NCBI GenBank assembly: GCA_963765245.1
Contig: CAVXVP010000011.1
Location: 33,621 to 97,620 of the forward strand
DNA: 64,000 nt
Direction of reading: 5' to 3'
Origin: an uncultured Chloroflexia bacterium
Lineage (GTDB): Bacteria; Chloroflexota; Limnocylindria; Limnocylindrales; CSP1-4
Below the pieces are notes generated by a model, which searched no databases, was not told where the DNA came from, and saw only the letters and a program-made list of their open reading frames with translations. Numbering within the stretch: the first letter of the stretch is position 1; each line of letters starts with the position of its first letter. Shown piece by piece: positions 28,735 through 41,200 of this stretch. Both the position numbers and the translations under genes were made by a program.

Positions 28735-29833
28735 CAGTCGCGGGTCGGCGCGTTCGCGGCGGCCGGCTCGTTCGCCGCGGCCGCTTCCCCGGTCGCCAGC
28801 CGCTGGCCGTACTGGCGCGCATACCAGCCGTCCCAGTCGCCCGAGCGGGTCGCGCGCCACCAGGCCTCGTTGGCCGTGTACCAGTCGATGGTCGCCGCCA
28901 GGCCGTCCTCGAATGTCGTCTGCGGCTGCCAGCCGAGGCCCGCCAGCTTCGTGCCGTCCATCGCGTAGCGCCGGTCGTGGCCCGGCCGGTCCTCGACCTG
29001 CATCACCAGCGACCAGGGCTTGCCGAGATGGTCGAGGAGCAGCGCGACGACGTCGCGGTTGGTCCGTTCGGTCGGCCCGGCGATGTTGTAGGTCTCGCCG
29101 GTCTCGCCGTGGCGCAGCACGAAATCGATCGCCCCGGCGTGATCCGAGACGTACAGCCACTCCCGGCGCTGGAGCCCGTCGCCGTAGAGCGGCAGGGGGC
29201 GGTCGTCGATGGCGTTGGTGACGAACAGCGGGATGAGCTTCTCGGGGTGGTGATACGGCCCGTACGTGTTCGAGCCGCGGGTGACGACCGCGTCGACGCC
29301 GTGGGTGATGACGTAGCTCCGGACCAGCAGCTCGCCGGCCGCCTTGGCCGCCGCGTACGGCGAACGAGGCGCGAGTGGCGCGTCCTCCGTGGCGTGGCCC
29401 TCGTCGACCGAGCCGTAGACCTCATCGGTCGAGACCTGCAGGAACCGAGGCTTGTTCGGCGCGGTGCGGCACGCCTCGAGCAGGACGTGGACGCCGATCA
29501 CGCCGGTCGCCAGGAACGCCTCCGGATCGAGGATCGAGCGATCGACGTGCGACTCGGCGGCGAAGTTGACCACGGCATCGGTCGCCGCCACGAGCGGCTC
29601 GACCACCGCTGGATCGGCGATGTCGCCGCGCACGAATCGCGAACCGGGCGGCCATCTCGGGGTCGTCGCGGACCGTCGCGAGATTCGCCTCGTTGCCCGG
29701 CGTACGTCAGCTTGTCGAGGACCGTGATGTGCGTGCCGTCGCGCCGCCCGAGGACGTCGCGCACGTAGCACGAGCCGATGAACCCGGCACCGCCGGTCAC
29801 GAGCAGGCGGCGCAGGGTCGGTGTCTCGGCCAC
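28734..29833 (-). pseudogene. rmlB: dTDP-glucose 4,6-dehydratase; two frame breaks
   Basis: LLVTGGAGFIGS...DKLTYAG / NEANLATVRDDPEMAARFA / FVRGDIADP...NFAAESHVDRS...SPYAAAKAAGE lie in three frames. Apparent extra bases at the CCC run 29696-29698 and at T 29637. Confidence 0.85.
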
Positions 29834-29836
29834 GGC

Positions 29837-30598
29837 TCAGGCCACCGGCCGGCTGACCGGCGGCGGCAGGCGTCCGGCCTCGTCGTCGGCCGCGGCCAGC
29901 TCGGCTGCGCGCAGGAGCGAGGGCACGGTCCCGGCGTCCGTCCAGTGGCCCTCGTAGGTCGGGCTGTAGAGACCGCCGTTGGGGATGTAGTGGTTGAGGA
30001 CGTCGGTGATCTCGAGCTCGCCACGCCCCGAGGGGAGGAGGTGGGCGATGACGTCGAAGGCGTCCGGTCGCAGGAAGTAGACGCCGATCGGGATCAGGTC
30101 GCTCTTGGGCTGATCCGGCTTCTCCTCGAAGGCGACGACCCTGCCGTCGGCATCGAGCTCGGCGACGCCGAAACGTTCCGGGTCGGGGACCTGGTAGAGC
30201 AGCGTGCCCGCCCCGAACGGCCCCGACTCGAACGTGGCGGCCACGTCGGCCAGCGCCGGGCCGCGCAGGATGTTGTCGCCGAGGACGCAGCAGAACGCGT
30301 CGTCGCCGACGAAGTCGCGGGCCAGCCCGATGGCGTGGGCGATCCCGAGCGCGCCCGGCTGGTAGCGATAGGTCAGGTCGATCCCGAACGCGGACCCGTC
30401 CCCGAGCAGCTCGACGACGTCGCCGACGCTCTTGCCACCGACGATGACCATCACCTCGCGGATCCCCATCCGGGCCAGGGTCTCGATCGGGTAGTAGATC
30501 ATCGGCCGGTCGTAGATCGGCAACAGGTGCTTGTTGGTGACGATCGTCAGCGGGTAGAGGCGGGTCGCCGTCCCGCCGGCAAGAACGATGCCCTTCAT
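29837..30598 (-). CDS. rmlA: Glucose-1-phosphate thymidylyltransferase
   Basis: MKGIVLAGGTATRLYPLT...NKHLLPIYDRPMIYYPIETL, with ERFGVAELD later. Intact from ATG 30598. Confidence 0.9.
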   Translation of the reverse strand: MKGIVLAGGTATRLYPLTIVTNKHLLPIYDRPMIYYPIETLARMGIREVMVIVGGKSVGDVVELLGDGSAFGIDLTYRYQPGALGIAHAIGLARDFVGDDAFCCVLGDNILRGPALADVAATFESGPFGAGTLLYQVPDPERFGVAELDADGRVVAFEEKPDQPKSDLIPIGVYFLRPDAFDVIAHLLPSGRGELEITDVLNHYIPNGGLYSPTYEGHWTDAGTVPSLLRAAELAAADDEAGRLPPPVSRPVA

Positions 30599-30641
30599 CG
30601 CGGCGAAGCGTAGCAGCGGAAGCGGCCCGGCACGCTGGCGG

Positions 30642-31614
30642 TCAGGGCTTCGGACTCGCGACGCGGCTCGGCGCTGGCGACGCGCTTGGTACGAGGCATG
30701 GCTGCTCGCCCTGCGGGAGCGTGCCGCCTGTGCCGCAATCGACCGGCTGCTGCTCGATCGGCGGCAGGCCGCCCTGGTAGTCGGTGATGACCAGCAGGGT
30801 CTCGAGCCTGTCGAGCGGGGCCGCCGGCCGCAGGTAGGCGGTCTGGACGACGCTGTTCGAATCGCGCCGGACATCGACGACCTGCCCGACGAGGAGGCCC
30901 TTCGGGTAGGGCGAGCGGACACCGACGCCGAGCTCGATGCCCGCGGTGACGACCTCGTCGCCGACGGTCACGACGTCGCTCGAATCGATCTGTCTGCATG
31001 ATCAGGACCCCGCCCAGCTCGCCGACGACCTCGCCGGTCGCCGCGTTCGAGGTCAGCTGCCCGATGACCGTCGACTCGGCGTCGGTCAGCAGGACGACCT
31101 TGGCGCTGTCCGGTCCGACCTCGACGACCCGGCCGGCCAGCGCGCCGCCGGCGGCGACGGCCACGTCACCGACCTCGATCCCGTCGTTCGTCCCCTTGTC
31201 GAGCACGACGAGCCGCCGGAACTCGGACGATTCGCGGGCGATCACCGATGCCGCGGTGGTCGTGAAGTCGAACCCGGCGCGCAGCTGGAGGAGCGCGGTC
31301 AGGGAGTCGTTCTCGCGGCGGATCTCCTCGAGTCGAGCGGCCTCCGTCGTCAGTCGATCGTTCTCGGCGCGCAGGGCGGCGTTGTCGATGCGCAGGCGGT
31401 CGATCTCGACGATGGCGGCGGCGACCGAGGCGACGCTGCCGGCGGCGCTGTCGAGCGCGCCCTGGATCGGCCGGAATGCGAAGCCGACCGCGTTCTGGAA
31501 CTCGCGCACGGTCGGGTTGGACGAGAAGGCCATCATCAGGACCGTCGCGACCAGCAGGACCGTGAACAGGATCCCGCGTCGTCGGGCGGCCTTGGTGGCG
31601 AGGATCGCGGTCAT
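30642..31614 (-). pseudogene. mreC: Rod shape-determining protein MreC; one frame break
   Basis: N-terminal TM helix, coiled coil (LRAENDRLTTEAARLEEIRRENDSL), then VGDVAVAAGGALAGRVVEV. In another frame: VGDEVVTAG...SPYPKGLLVGQVVDV. Break at about 30993. Confidence 0.8.
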
Positions 31615-31642
31615 GACGGTCCGCTCGGCGGGTCGACGCGGC

Positions 31643-32697
31643 TCAGCGCGGCGGGCGTGAGTAGGTCTCGGAGACGAGGACGCGCGCCATCCGGTCGAGG
31701 TCCTGGAGGACGACGCCCGTGCCGCGGGCGACGCAGGTCAGCGGGTCGTCCGCGATGTGGACCGGCATCTGGGTCGCCTCGGCGACGCGCCGGTCGAGGC
31801 CCGGCGAGCAGCGCCCCACCGCCGGCGAGCACGATGCCCTGGTCCATGATGTCGGCGACCAGCTCGGGCGGGGTCTCCTCGATGGTGTCCTTGACCGTGT
31901 CGACGATCTGCTGGACCGACGGCTCGATCGCCTCGCGGATCTGGTCGGCGCCGACCTCGACGCTGCGCGGCAGCCCGGTCAGCAGGTCGCGGCCGCGGAG
32001 CGCGACGCGCTGCGCGTCCCACTCGCCCGGGTAGGCCGAGCCGATCGCGATCTTGATGTCCTCCGCGGTCCGTTCGCCGAGGAAGAGGTTGTACTCGCGC
32101 CGGGCGAACGTGACGATGTCCTGGTCCATCTCGTCGCCACCGATGCGGATGCTGCGGCTGACGACGATGCCACCGAGCGAGATGACCGCGACCTCCGTCG
32201 TCCCGCCGCCGATGTCGACGATGAGGGAACCGGACGGCTCGCTGACCGGCAGGCCGGCGCCGATCGCGGCGGCCATCGGCTCCTCGATGAGTCCGGCCCA
32301 GCGGGCACCGGCGTTGAGCGCGGCGTCGCGGACGGCCCGCTTCTCGACCTCGGTGACGCCGGACGGGATGCCGAGCAGCATCCGCGGCCGGGCGATCGTG
32401 CCGACCCGGTCGTGGACCTTGTCGACGAAGTACTTGATCATCTGCTCGGTCACGTCGAAGTCGCTGATGACGCCGTCGCGCAGCGGCCGGACGGCGATGA
32501 TGTTGGCCGGCGTCCGGCCGACCATCCGCTTGGCCTCCGCCCCGACCGCCAGGACGCGCTTGGTCTTGGCGTCGATGGCGACGACCGACGGCTCGCTCAT
32601 GACGATCCCGCGGTCGCGGACGTGGACCAGCGTGTTGGCCGTCCCGAGGTCGATCCCGATGTCGCGGGAGAAGAGGCCGAGGATCCGATCGAGCATT
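31643..32697 (-). pseudogene. mreB: Rod shape-determining actin homologue MreB; one frame break near the 3' end
   Basis: IGIDLGTANTLV, LRDGVISDF, IVDIGGGTTEVAVISLGG, VLAGGGALL. Then LDRRVAEATQMPVHIADDPLTCVARGTG lies in another frame. Apparent extra base in the CCC run 31800-31802. Confidence 0.9.
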
Positions 32698-32881
32698 GTG
32701 TAGGGCGGGTCCTTCGTGACGGGTGGTCGCTGTCGGGTGGCGCTCGGTGGTCGCTTCGAGAGTCCGTTCGAGGTCGTCGCGGGCGAGGGCACCGCCGGTG
32801 TCGAGCGGGTCGCGCGGAACACGGGCCGTGTCGGGCGGGCAGCCGGGGCAGTATACCCGGTCGCCTCGTCGCGACCGGAGG

Positions 32882-33613
32882 TCAGTCGGCCCGGCGGGCC
32901 TGGACCTCGGGCCGGTCGAACGCCACGCCGCGGTCGCGCAGCGAGACGTACGCGTCGTGGCCGATGACCAGGTGGTCGAGCAGCTGGATGTCGAGGAGCC
33001 GCCCCGCCGCGAGCGCCTCGGCCGTCAGGTGGAGGTCGTCCGGGGACGGTGTCGGGTCGCCCGATGGATGGTTGTGGACGAGGATGACGCCGGCCGCATT
33101 GAGCCGGACCGCGTCGCGGAAGAGCTCACCGACACGGACCAGCGACGAGCTGACGTTGCCCTGGTAGACGGTCGCGACCCGCAGCACGTGGTTCTTCGTG
33201 TCGAGCATCACGACCCGCAGCTCCTCGCGCTCGAGGCGGCCCATCTGGAGGATCAGCCGGTCGGCCACGTCGTGCGGGCCGCGGATCGTCCAGCGCGCCG
33301 TCGGCCAGTCGGCGAGCAGCCGGCGCCCGAGCTCGAAGGCTGCAACGAGCTGGGCCGCCTTCGCCTCGCCGATCCCGGTCACCTCGGCCAGCTCGAGCTC
33401 CGTCGCCCGGGCGAGGCCGGTCAGCCCGTCATGGCGCGCCAGCGCATCCGACGCCAGGTCCACAGCCGACCGCCCGCGCGTCCCAGACCCCCACACGAGA
33501 CCGATCAGCTCGGCAGCCGTGAGCCCACTCGCACCCCGGATAGCGAGGCGCTCCCGCGGCCGCTCCAGGACCGGCACCTCCCGGATCGCGCGGCCACCTG
33601 GGAACGGTGGCAT
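32882..33613 (-). CDS. radC: RadC-family JAB-domain protein
   Basis: ERPRERL..., HhH region ELAEVTGIGEAKAAQL and JAMM-like ILVHNHPSGDPTPSPDD. ATG 33613 chosen within the longer ORF. Confidence 0.85.
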   Translation of the reverse strand: MPPFPGGRAIREVPVLERPRERLAIRGASGLTAAELIGLVWGSGTRGRSAVDLASDALARHDGLTGLARATELELAEVTGIGEAKAAQLVAAFELGRRLLADWPTARWTIRGPHDVADRLILQMGRLEREELRVVMLDTKNHVLRVATVYQGNVSSSLVRVGELFRDAVRLNAAGVILVHNHPSGDPTPSPDDLHLTAEALAAGRLLDIQLLDHLVIGHDAYVSLRDRGVAFDRPEVQARRAD

Positions 33614-33877
33614 CAACGTCTCCGGAACCGAGAATCGGCGCCGCGGGCGGTCGAGGCGAAGGCGGACGGTGAGCAAAGGAGCGAGCGCACCTCAAGGTGC
33701 GTGAGCGACGGCGGAGCCGACCAACGCACGCATCGGCCGCCCCCGGCGCCGCCGGGGCGTCCTCGAGGCCCGAACGACGGGAGCCCGCCAATTCCTCCCG
33801 CCATCCGGACCTCGAGGACGACGCAGAGCCTAGCGACGAGCCCTCATCGGCGGCTCAACCCGGGGTGCACCGCGGCT

Positions 33878-34913
33878 CATCCCGGCGAGAGCGACTGGCT
33901 CGCCACCTCGGCGACGACCAGGAGGATGCCGTTGAACGCGGCGTGGAGACCGAACGACGCCCAGATCGTCCCGCGCCGGACGAAGATCCAGCCGAGCGCG
34001 ATGGCGACCGGGATGCGCGAGCCGAAGCCGACCACGGCCAGCCCGAACGCTTCGTTCGCGTTGGCCCCGCAGACGGTCGAGGACGTGGGCGAAGGCGAAG
34101 ACGAGCGCCGCGGTCAGCAGGCCGCGCCGATACCCCAGGCCGCGAACCCAGGCCGTCGTGGCGAAGGCCCGGAACAGGATCTCCTCGCCGAACGGCGCGA
34201 CGATCACGCCGGCCAGCAACGACAAGCGCGAAGCCCAGGGGGTCGCCCGTCGGTGGCAGCGGGCTGACGGGCGTGACCGGGAAGAGGCGCAGCAGGACGC
34301 CCGAGACGATCGCAGTGACCCCGATGACAGGGATCGCCCACAGCGCGCCGCCGCCGATGTCGCCGAAGGCCTGCGCGTCGAGCCGCCGGACGCCCATCGC
34401 GCGCCAGTCGAGCGCGCCCGTGTCGACGACGAGCAGGCGCACCAGCCCGACGTAGACGAGCGCCTGGATCGTGACCGACAGGAGCGCGCCGAACGGTCCG
34501 TCGAGCGGCACGTCGACGATGTCGAGCGGGATCGCGACGATGACCCCGACCAGGAGGGAGACGGGGATCGCCGCCGCGAGGACCAGGAACGGTGACGGCC
34601 CGACGTAGGGCAGGATCGCCGCGGACGCGACGCTCGATGCCCTGCGATCCGGCTCCGGCGATCAGCCCGACCGACAGCAGGATCAGGCCGACGACGAGCA
34701 GACGATCGACGGGATGCCGCCCCCACTGAGCAGGGCGACGATGATGCAGGCGAGCCCGACGAGCGTCGCGAGCCAGCCGACGACGAAGAGCGCGGGCGCC
34801 GATCGACCCTCGATGGTGAAGGTGGAGGTGCCGGGTCGGGAGGCAGGTGCGGGGTGCCGGCGCAGGCTCCGCGGCGTCAGGGCACGGTCGGTGTCAGGAC
34901 CGGGGCGCCGCAC
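33878..34913 (-). pseudogene. CPBP-family intramembrane glutamic endopeptidase (CAAX protease/Abi-like); about four frame breaks
   Basis: APFGEEILFRAF, FAFAH and HAAFNG (motifs 1-3) occur in order but in different frames, with TM segments between. Breaks at about 34695, 34640, 34222 and 34078. Start is uncertain. Confidence 0.55.
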
Positions 34914-34995
34914 CAGCGCGGGTTCAGGCGCGGGTCGAGTGGCGAGTCGCCCGCCGTTCCCGTCGATGGTGGATCGGGCGGCGGGTCGGACGAGC

Positions 34996-35669
34996 TCAAC
35001 GCTCGGGCAGTGGATCCTGCGCGGCCGCCGGGATCGTCGGTCCGGACGCGGAGCGGGCGGGGCCGGAGTTGCGCACCGAGGACGGCAGCGACGTCCCGGT
35101 CGAGGCAGCGGCCGTGCTCGATGCGGCGATCCGGTCGGTGGCCTCACGTCCGCGCGGCAGCGCGTCGACGGCGGCCGCCGCCGGCACATCGCGGCGCTCG
35201 AAGTCCTTGCCGCACCAGGCGCACAGCGACCAGTCCATGCCGACCAGCCGGCTGCAGTTCGGGCAGACGCGCTTGAGGCGGGTCCGGCAGTTCGGGCAGA
35301 TGATCCATTCGTCGTCGATCCGCTTCTCGCAGGTCGGGCAGTGGTGGATCGACTCGACCTCGGCGAGGAGCGCCTCCTCGGCCAGGTTCCGCTCCCAGAC
35401 CTCGCCGATCTTCTCGTGCGGCCGGACGATCTTGTAGATCCAGAAGGCGAAGATGAAGAAGAGCGGGGTGAACAGGATGATGACGGCGGCCGCGAGGTAC
35501 GGCAGGATCGCGTTGTCCGACCGCTGCTGCATGTCGCGGAACGCCCAGTAGGCCGTCGCCAGCCAGAGGATGACCAGGTAGATCCCGATGGCGCGCAGAC
35601 CGAACTGGACGATGCGCTATCGAAGAAACCGCCGAGCGAGTCGCCGATCGACTGGAGGATCTGATCCAT
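34996..35669 (-). pseudogene. Membrane protein with a C-terminal double zinc ribbon; one frame break
   Basis: MDQILQSIGDSLGGFFDS / IVQFGLRAIGIYLVILWLATAYWAFRDMQQR... (2 TM helices), then HHCPTCEKRIDDEWIICPNCRTRLKRVCPNCSRLVGMDWSLCAWCG. Break at about 35617. Confidence 0.6.
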
Positions 35670-35694
35670 GCGCCTGTGTCGTGCCTCCGTGGAC

Positions 35695-35714
35695 CTCAGC
35701 CGAACGCGGCTGAG
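35695..35714 (-). terminator. Tight hairpin (8-bp stem CTCAGCCG/CGGCTGAG, 4-nt loop) between two co-directional zinc-ribbon genes
   Basis: 35695-35702 pairs with 35707-35714. Lies 80 nt downstream of the stop at 35793 and upstream of the start at 35669. No U-tract. Confidence 0.4.
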
Positions 35715-35792
35715 CGGGTCAGGCTCGGTCTGCCATCGTCCGGCGCAGTGTAGCAGGGGGCCGCTCTGAGCCTCCGTTCGGCCGCCGCGCCT

Positions 35793-37237
35793 TCAGACGA
35801 GCGGTTCGACCACCACGTGACGGGTCGCCCAGATCGTGACGACGCCACCGATGAGGAGCGCGACCGCACCGAGGGCGATCAGCGCAGGCCGACGTCCGCA
35901 CCGAGCGGTCCGACCACGTACGGCCAGGCGAGTCCGAGGAGGAGACCGCCGAACACCAGGCCCAGGATCCCCGAGGAGATCCACGGGGAGAGCGGTCCTC
36001 GTCGAAGGGCGAGCGCGAGGACCCCGAGGAGGCTGACGAAGACGAGCAGGTGGGTCGGGCTCGCAAGACCCCAGCGTCGAAGTAGCAGCCGACGTGCTCG
36101 CGCCGATGACGACGCGCGACCACGGCAGCAGGAACCCGAGGAGCGCCATCGTCGCACCGACGACCACGAACCAGCCGGCGATCTCGACGAAGCGTTCGGG
36201 CTCGGGGACGCTCTCGAGCCAGCGGTAACGATCCTTGGCGGGAGCCTCGTCGGCGACCGTGTCTACCGACGACGGATCCGGGCGCTCGCCCATCGTTCGA
36301 CCAGGCTGCCGTCGCGCCCATCGCCATCGCCATGGCAGGCGAGGGCGGTCGATAGGCGCTTGGCGGCCTGCCGCCGGTCATCGGAACGGCTTCCGACGCG
36401 AGATGGCGCTGATACGGGCGTCCGACGAGCGCCGGGGCAGGCTCGACGAGCGGCGCCCAGGGCGTCGCCGGCAGCGCAGCGATCGCCGAGGGCTCGAGCA
36501 GAGGCACGATCGCGGCTCGCTGCGCCGCGCTGCGACTCTGTGCGGCAGGAGCGGCGACCTGCGCCTTTGCCGTCGGGGCGGGCGTGGGCTCGGGGGTCGA
36601 CTCGACGGCGACGGCCGCGGTGGGCGCGGCGACGATCGGGGCAGGCCCGCCCGGCCGCGGTGGACTCCTTGAGCACCGCGTCGGGGATGGCCTCGACGGC
36701 GGCTGCGGCGGTCGCGGCGGCGCGTGCACGGGCGGCCACGGCGGGCGTCGGCGCGTAATGCGGGGTACGCGGTCCGGCCTGGGTAGCGGCGACGGCCGAC
36801 GTGGGGGCCGGGGTCGGTGCCTGCGCCGTCGTCGGTGGTCGCGGGGTCTTCGGGGTCGGCTCGGCGGGGTCGCGGCCTGGGCTGGGGCAGGTAGAGCAGC
36901 GGGCCGGGCCGGCGTCGGGGTCGGCGTCGGCGAGCGGCCGTCGTAGCGGCCGTATCGGGTGCGGTCTCCATCGTGGAGGCGGGCGAGGCGGTCCGTCGGC
37001 GCGTCTTGCCATTGTTCGCAGCGGTCCCAGGAGCCTCGGCGACGGCGACGGAACCGGCCACGGCGATCGGCTCCGACTCGATTCGGCGATCGGGCTGCGC
37101 CTCGACCTCGGCGGCTCGGAGAGCCGGCTGAGGGCACCGGTGACGGACGCGAGCAGCGCCCCACACGTCGGACAGGACAGTCGTCCGTACGGGACCGACG
37201 CGCCGCATTCGGCGCAGTCGAAGGTCTTGCTCGTCAT
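35793..37237 (-). pseudogene. Zinc-ribbon protein with a long Pro-rich linker and a C-terminal multi-TM domain; several frame breaks
   Basis: MTSKTFDCAECGASVPYGRLSCPTCGALL at the N-terminus. The C-terminal RYRWLESVPEPERFVEIAGWFVVVGATMALLGFLLPW, LVFVSLLGVLALAL and LIALGAVALLIGGVVTIW are spread over three frames. Confidence 0.5.
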
Positions 37238-37240
37238 GGT

Positions 37241-38175
37241 TCACCTCGCCGTCGGGACCGGCCCAAGGACCGACCGAGCCACAGCGTCGCAGACGAGCGG
37301 GTCGAGCCGCCAGTCACCCGGTCGGCGGTCGGTGGACCCCCCGAACGTCCCCTTCCGAGTGGCCTCGGCGACGGTCCAGATGGCTGCTCGCCAGGCGCAG
37401 ACGACGCCGAGGAGGACCAATCCCACGACCCACAAGCCGACGAACGCGACGACCGTCAGAAGCGACGGGAGCGGGTCCGCCGCATCGCCGAGCGCCGTCC
37501 CGACCGCCTCCCACGCCGAGCTGGCCGCAACGGCCGCGGGCACGAGGATCACCAACAGGACGATCGTCGGGATCCAGAACCGCGCAAGGACGAGAGCGGG
37601 TGCCCGGACGAGGCCCGACACGGCGCCGGCGAGCGCGTCCGCCGACGCCCTCACCGCCCAGGGCGATCCGCCGGGCAGCGATGGCCCCGACGATCTCGGC
37701 GAGCATCCAGGCGAGGACGACGGCGACGACGACCTCGGGAGCGCCTCGCAGGACCCGAAGCGACGATCGGCGTCGCTCACGTCGAGCGGACTGGTCAGCT
37801 CCCGGTAGGTCACGAGGACGAGGCGGATCGAAGCCCAGGGCCAGGACGACGACGAGCGGCACGACACGCGATCAGGCGCGCCGCGAGGATCCGCGCCGCG
37901 ACCCGGCTGCCGGATGTCGCCGACGCCGCCACAGGAGGTACCCCCACCGCCCCGAGCGCGACGACCTCCTCGTCGCGCGCCACGATCCGGGCGCCCTCTG
38001 CCTCGAGTGCCGCTGCCAGCCAGCCCCCGACGACCACCCAGGCGATCGCGACGAGCCCGACCGCGCCGGCGACCACGATGACCTCGAGCGGGATCGACCC
38101 GAACGCGACGGCCGTGAGCGTCGGCCCGAAGGCGTTGCCGAGGCCGACCGGGGTCGGCAGCACGACGATCGGCAA
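37241..38175 (-). pseudogene. Multi-pass membrane protein of unknown function; fragmented over three frames, N-terminus may extend upstream
   Basis: Hydrophobic segments PIVVLPTPVGLGNAFGPTLTAVAFGSIPLEVIVVAGAVGLVAIAWVVVGGWL, VVVAVVLAWMLAEIVGAI and FWIPTIVLLVILVPAAVA...FVGLWVVGLVLLGVVCAW read in different frames. Confidence 0.4.
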
Positions 38176-38287
38176 CAGGACGCAGGACGATCCCGCCGCG
38201 GAGAGGAAGGTGGCGAGGGCGAGCGGCCAGGTCGCCGGTGTCGCGAGGGTGACGAGCAGCGCCGTCGTCCGAGCGCCACGCCGCGAC

Positions 38288-41200
38288 TCACGGCGCGGGG
38301 CTGGTCGACGCCCCCGGGGCTTGGTGCCACGCTCCCGGGCGCGAGGACCTGGAGTCGCTGGAGGGCGGCCTGCGACCAGCCCGATCTCGGTGCCGTAGCG
38401 GGCGAAGTCGCCGTCGCGCAGCGCCTTCTGGGCGAGCTCGAAATGGAGGTTGGCGTAGTCGATCAGACCCGGGACGTCGGTCGGCAGCGCCGTCGCCCGG
38501 CGTCGGCGCCGGCGTCGGCGTCCGGGTGTCGCGCGCCGGTCCGGGAGTCGGAGTCGGGCCCGGGGTGGGTGTCGGCACCGGGACCCGGCGCGTGCCCGGC
38601 CTCGGCCGCGAGCAGCAGGCGCAGCGCGTCGCCGAGCGAATCGCGGCCCAGACGACCTGGCGTGGCGAGGCGACGACGATGCGCTTGAACTCGGGGAACG
38701 CCGATCCGGTCGACTGCAGGTAGACGGGCTGGAGGTAGATCAGCGGCGTCGTCGAGCGGCACGACGATCAGGCTGCCGCGGATGACCTTGCTGCCCGACT
38801 GGTTCCAGAGCGAGACCTGGGCGCTGATGAGCGGGTCCTGGTCGATCCGTGCCTCGATCTGGGCGGGTCCGAAGATCGTCGTGTCGGCCGGGAAGCGATA
38901 GACCTGGACCTGCCCGTAGTTCGGCGCGTCCATCCGTGCCGCGACCCAGGCGATCATGTTCGGCCGGTCCGGTCGGGACCATCGGCTGGAGCAGCAGGAA
39001 CTCGACGCCGTTCTCGTTCGGCAGCCGCATCTCGACGTAGTAGGCCTCGGACGGGAGTGTCTGCTCGCTCGTCTGGATCGGCACCGTCCACAGGTCGTCG
39101 GCGCCGAAGAACTGCTGGGTGTTCGTGACGTGGTAGCGCCCGAACATGTTGGTCTGGACGTTGAACAGGTCCTCCGGGACGCGGAGGTGCTTCTGCGAGG
39201 TCGGCCGGCATCGCCGACAGCGGTTCGAACAGCGACGGGAAGACGCCCTGGTAGGCGCGGATGATCGGATCCGTCGGGTCGTTGACGTAGAAGTGCATCG
39301 TGCCGTCGTAGGCGTCGACGGTGATCTTGACGCTGTTGCGGATGTAGTCGAAGTCGTCGTCCCGAGCCCGGCCAGGTCGAAGCCGCCCGGCGCAACGAAG
39401 CGCTGCGCGTTCGGGAATCGGTCCGACGTCGTGTACGCGTCCTGGATGTAGACCATCCGGCCGGCGTCGTCGATGACGAGGTACGGGTCCTTGTCGAAGC
39501 GCAGGAACGGCGCGATCAGCGACAGGCGGTCGGTCAGCGAGCGGTGGAAGAGCAGCTGGCTGCTGGCCGTGACCTGGTCGCTGATGAGCAGGTCGAGGTC
39601 GCGGAAGCGCGCGGCGAACAGCAGCCGCATCAGCGTGTTGTCGAGCGCGACCCCGGTCGTCCCGGTCCAGCGCGTCTCGGTCCCGATCGAGCCTTCGGTG
39701 TCGCTCTCGCCGGTCGGGTAGTCGAACTCGTTCTGCTGGGCTCCGACCACGACGTACGAGCTCGGGCGTTCGCCGAAGTAGATGCCCGAGTGAGCCGGGT
39801 CGATGGTCGGCGCGCCGTTCGTCGAGGCCGGCGGCAGGTTGCTGATGAGGAGCTGCGGCTGGCCCTCGCTGCCGACCTCGTTGACCGGGACCATGGCGGC
39901 CCCGACGCCGTGCGTGAACCGGATCCGCTGGTTGACCCAGCCGGAGGCGTTCGGGTTCTGCTCGAGGGCGAGCTCGCGCGCCGAGAGCATCACCTGGCGC
40001 GGGACGCCGTTGATCGAGTAGCGGTCCGTGTCGACGCCGGTGAAGTCGTAGTACTTGCGCACGGTCTGGAGCTGGTCGAGGGTCGTCCGCAGCGGACGCG
40101 GGTCCCACAGCCGGGCGCTCGCGAAGGTGTCGGCCTCCTTGGTGATCTGCTCCGCGGTCAGCGGCTGGTCGCCCGCGAACGAGATGTTGCCCCAGCCCCC
40201 GAGGTCGTAGGCCAGCCGGGTCATCGCGATGTTGTTGCCGATGTAGCGCTCTTCCTGGGCGAACTTGTTGGGCTCGACCGTGAAGCGCTGGACGGCCTCC
40301 GGGTAGAGCCGTCCGATGACGAGCGAGGCGACGAACCAGACCGCGATGGTCAGCCCGAGCGGCCAGATCGTCCGCGTGAACGCTCCACCGACGAGCAGCG
40401 CCGCGGCGATCCCGGACACGATCGTCAGGACGTCGAAGGCGAGGAACTGGGCGTTCTGGTCGGTGAAGCTGACGCCGGTCGCGACGCCGCGGGTGCTGTA
40501 GACGAGCTCGAGCTTGTCGAGCTGGTAGCCGAACGCGACCGACAGCAGGAACAGCCCGCCGAGGACGGCCAGGTGGACGCGGATCGGCGTCGAGAAGACC
40601 AGCCCGCCGCGCGACGCACCGATGAGGTAGCGCGCGAGGGTCAGGACCAGGGCGACCGATGACGATGCCGTTGAACAGGCCCTGGATGAGCCGCAGGAAC
40701 GGCAGCTCGAACAGGAAGAAGCTGATGTCGCGGCCGAAGATCGGATCGGTGACGCTCGCGGTCGGCGAGAACGGGACGCGGTTGAGGTAGAGCAGGACCG
40801 TCTCCCACGCCCCCGACATCGCCCCGCCGATGAGGAGCGCGACGAACAGGGCGATCCCGCCGAGGACCCAGCCGGCGAGCGGCGTGAGATCGGGCATGTC
40901 CCCGACTTCGAAGGTGATGGCCTGGCTGTTGCCGAACCGGTCGCGGCCGGCGCCGAACGCCGGAACGCGGACCGCCGCGTCGGTCGTCGGCCGCCTGGGC
41001 GGCCTCGTTGATGCGGTCGACCAGCGACCGCAGCGAGCCCGCGCCGTCCGCTGAGGGCGGCGGGGCGAGCCGTCCGGCCAGCCACAGGTTGCCGAGGAAG
41101 ACCGACGGCCGCGAGGACGAATGCCGCCGACGCCGAGACCGACCGTCGCGGCCACCCGGGTCCAGAAGACGGAGTCGAAACCGACGCTGCGGAACCACAG

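Noticed and set aside
33741-33757. 17-bp GC palindrome (CCCCGGCG-C-CGCCGGGG) upstream of radC, considered as a regulatory site
   Set aside because: It is short and made purely of G and C, in a 70% GC genome. The chance-occurrence rate is too high to call without genome-wide enrichment.
36263-37244. Three mutually overlapping minus-strand ORFs in the Pro-rich region, considered as separate genes
   Set aside because: All three frames are open through low-complexity, GC-rich sequence. Only the N-terminal zinc ribbon and the C-terminal TM segments are recognisable, so I treat it as one fragmented gene rather than three.
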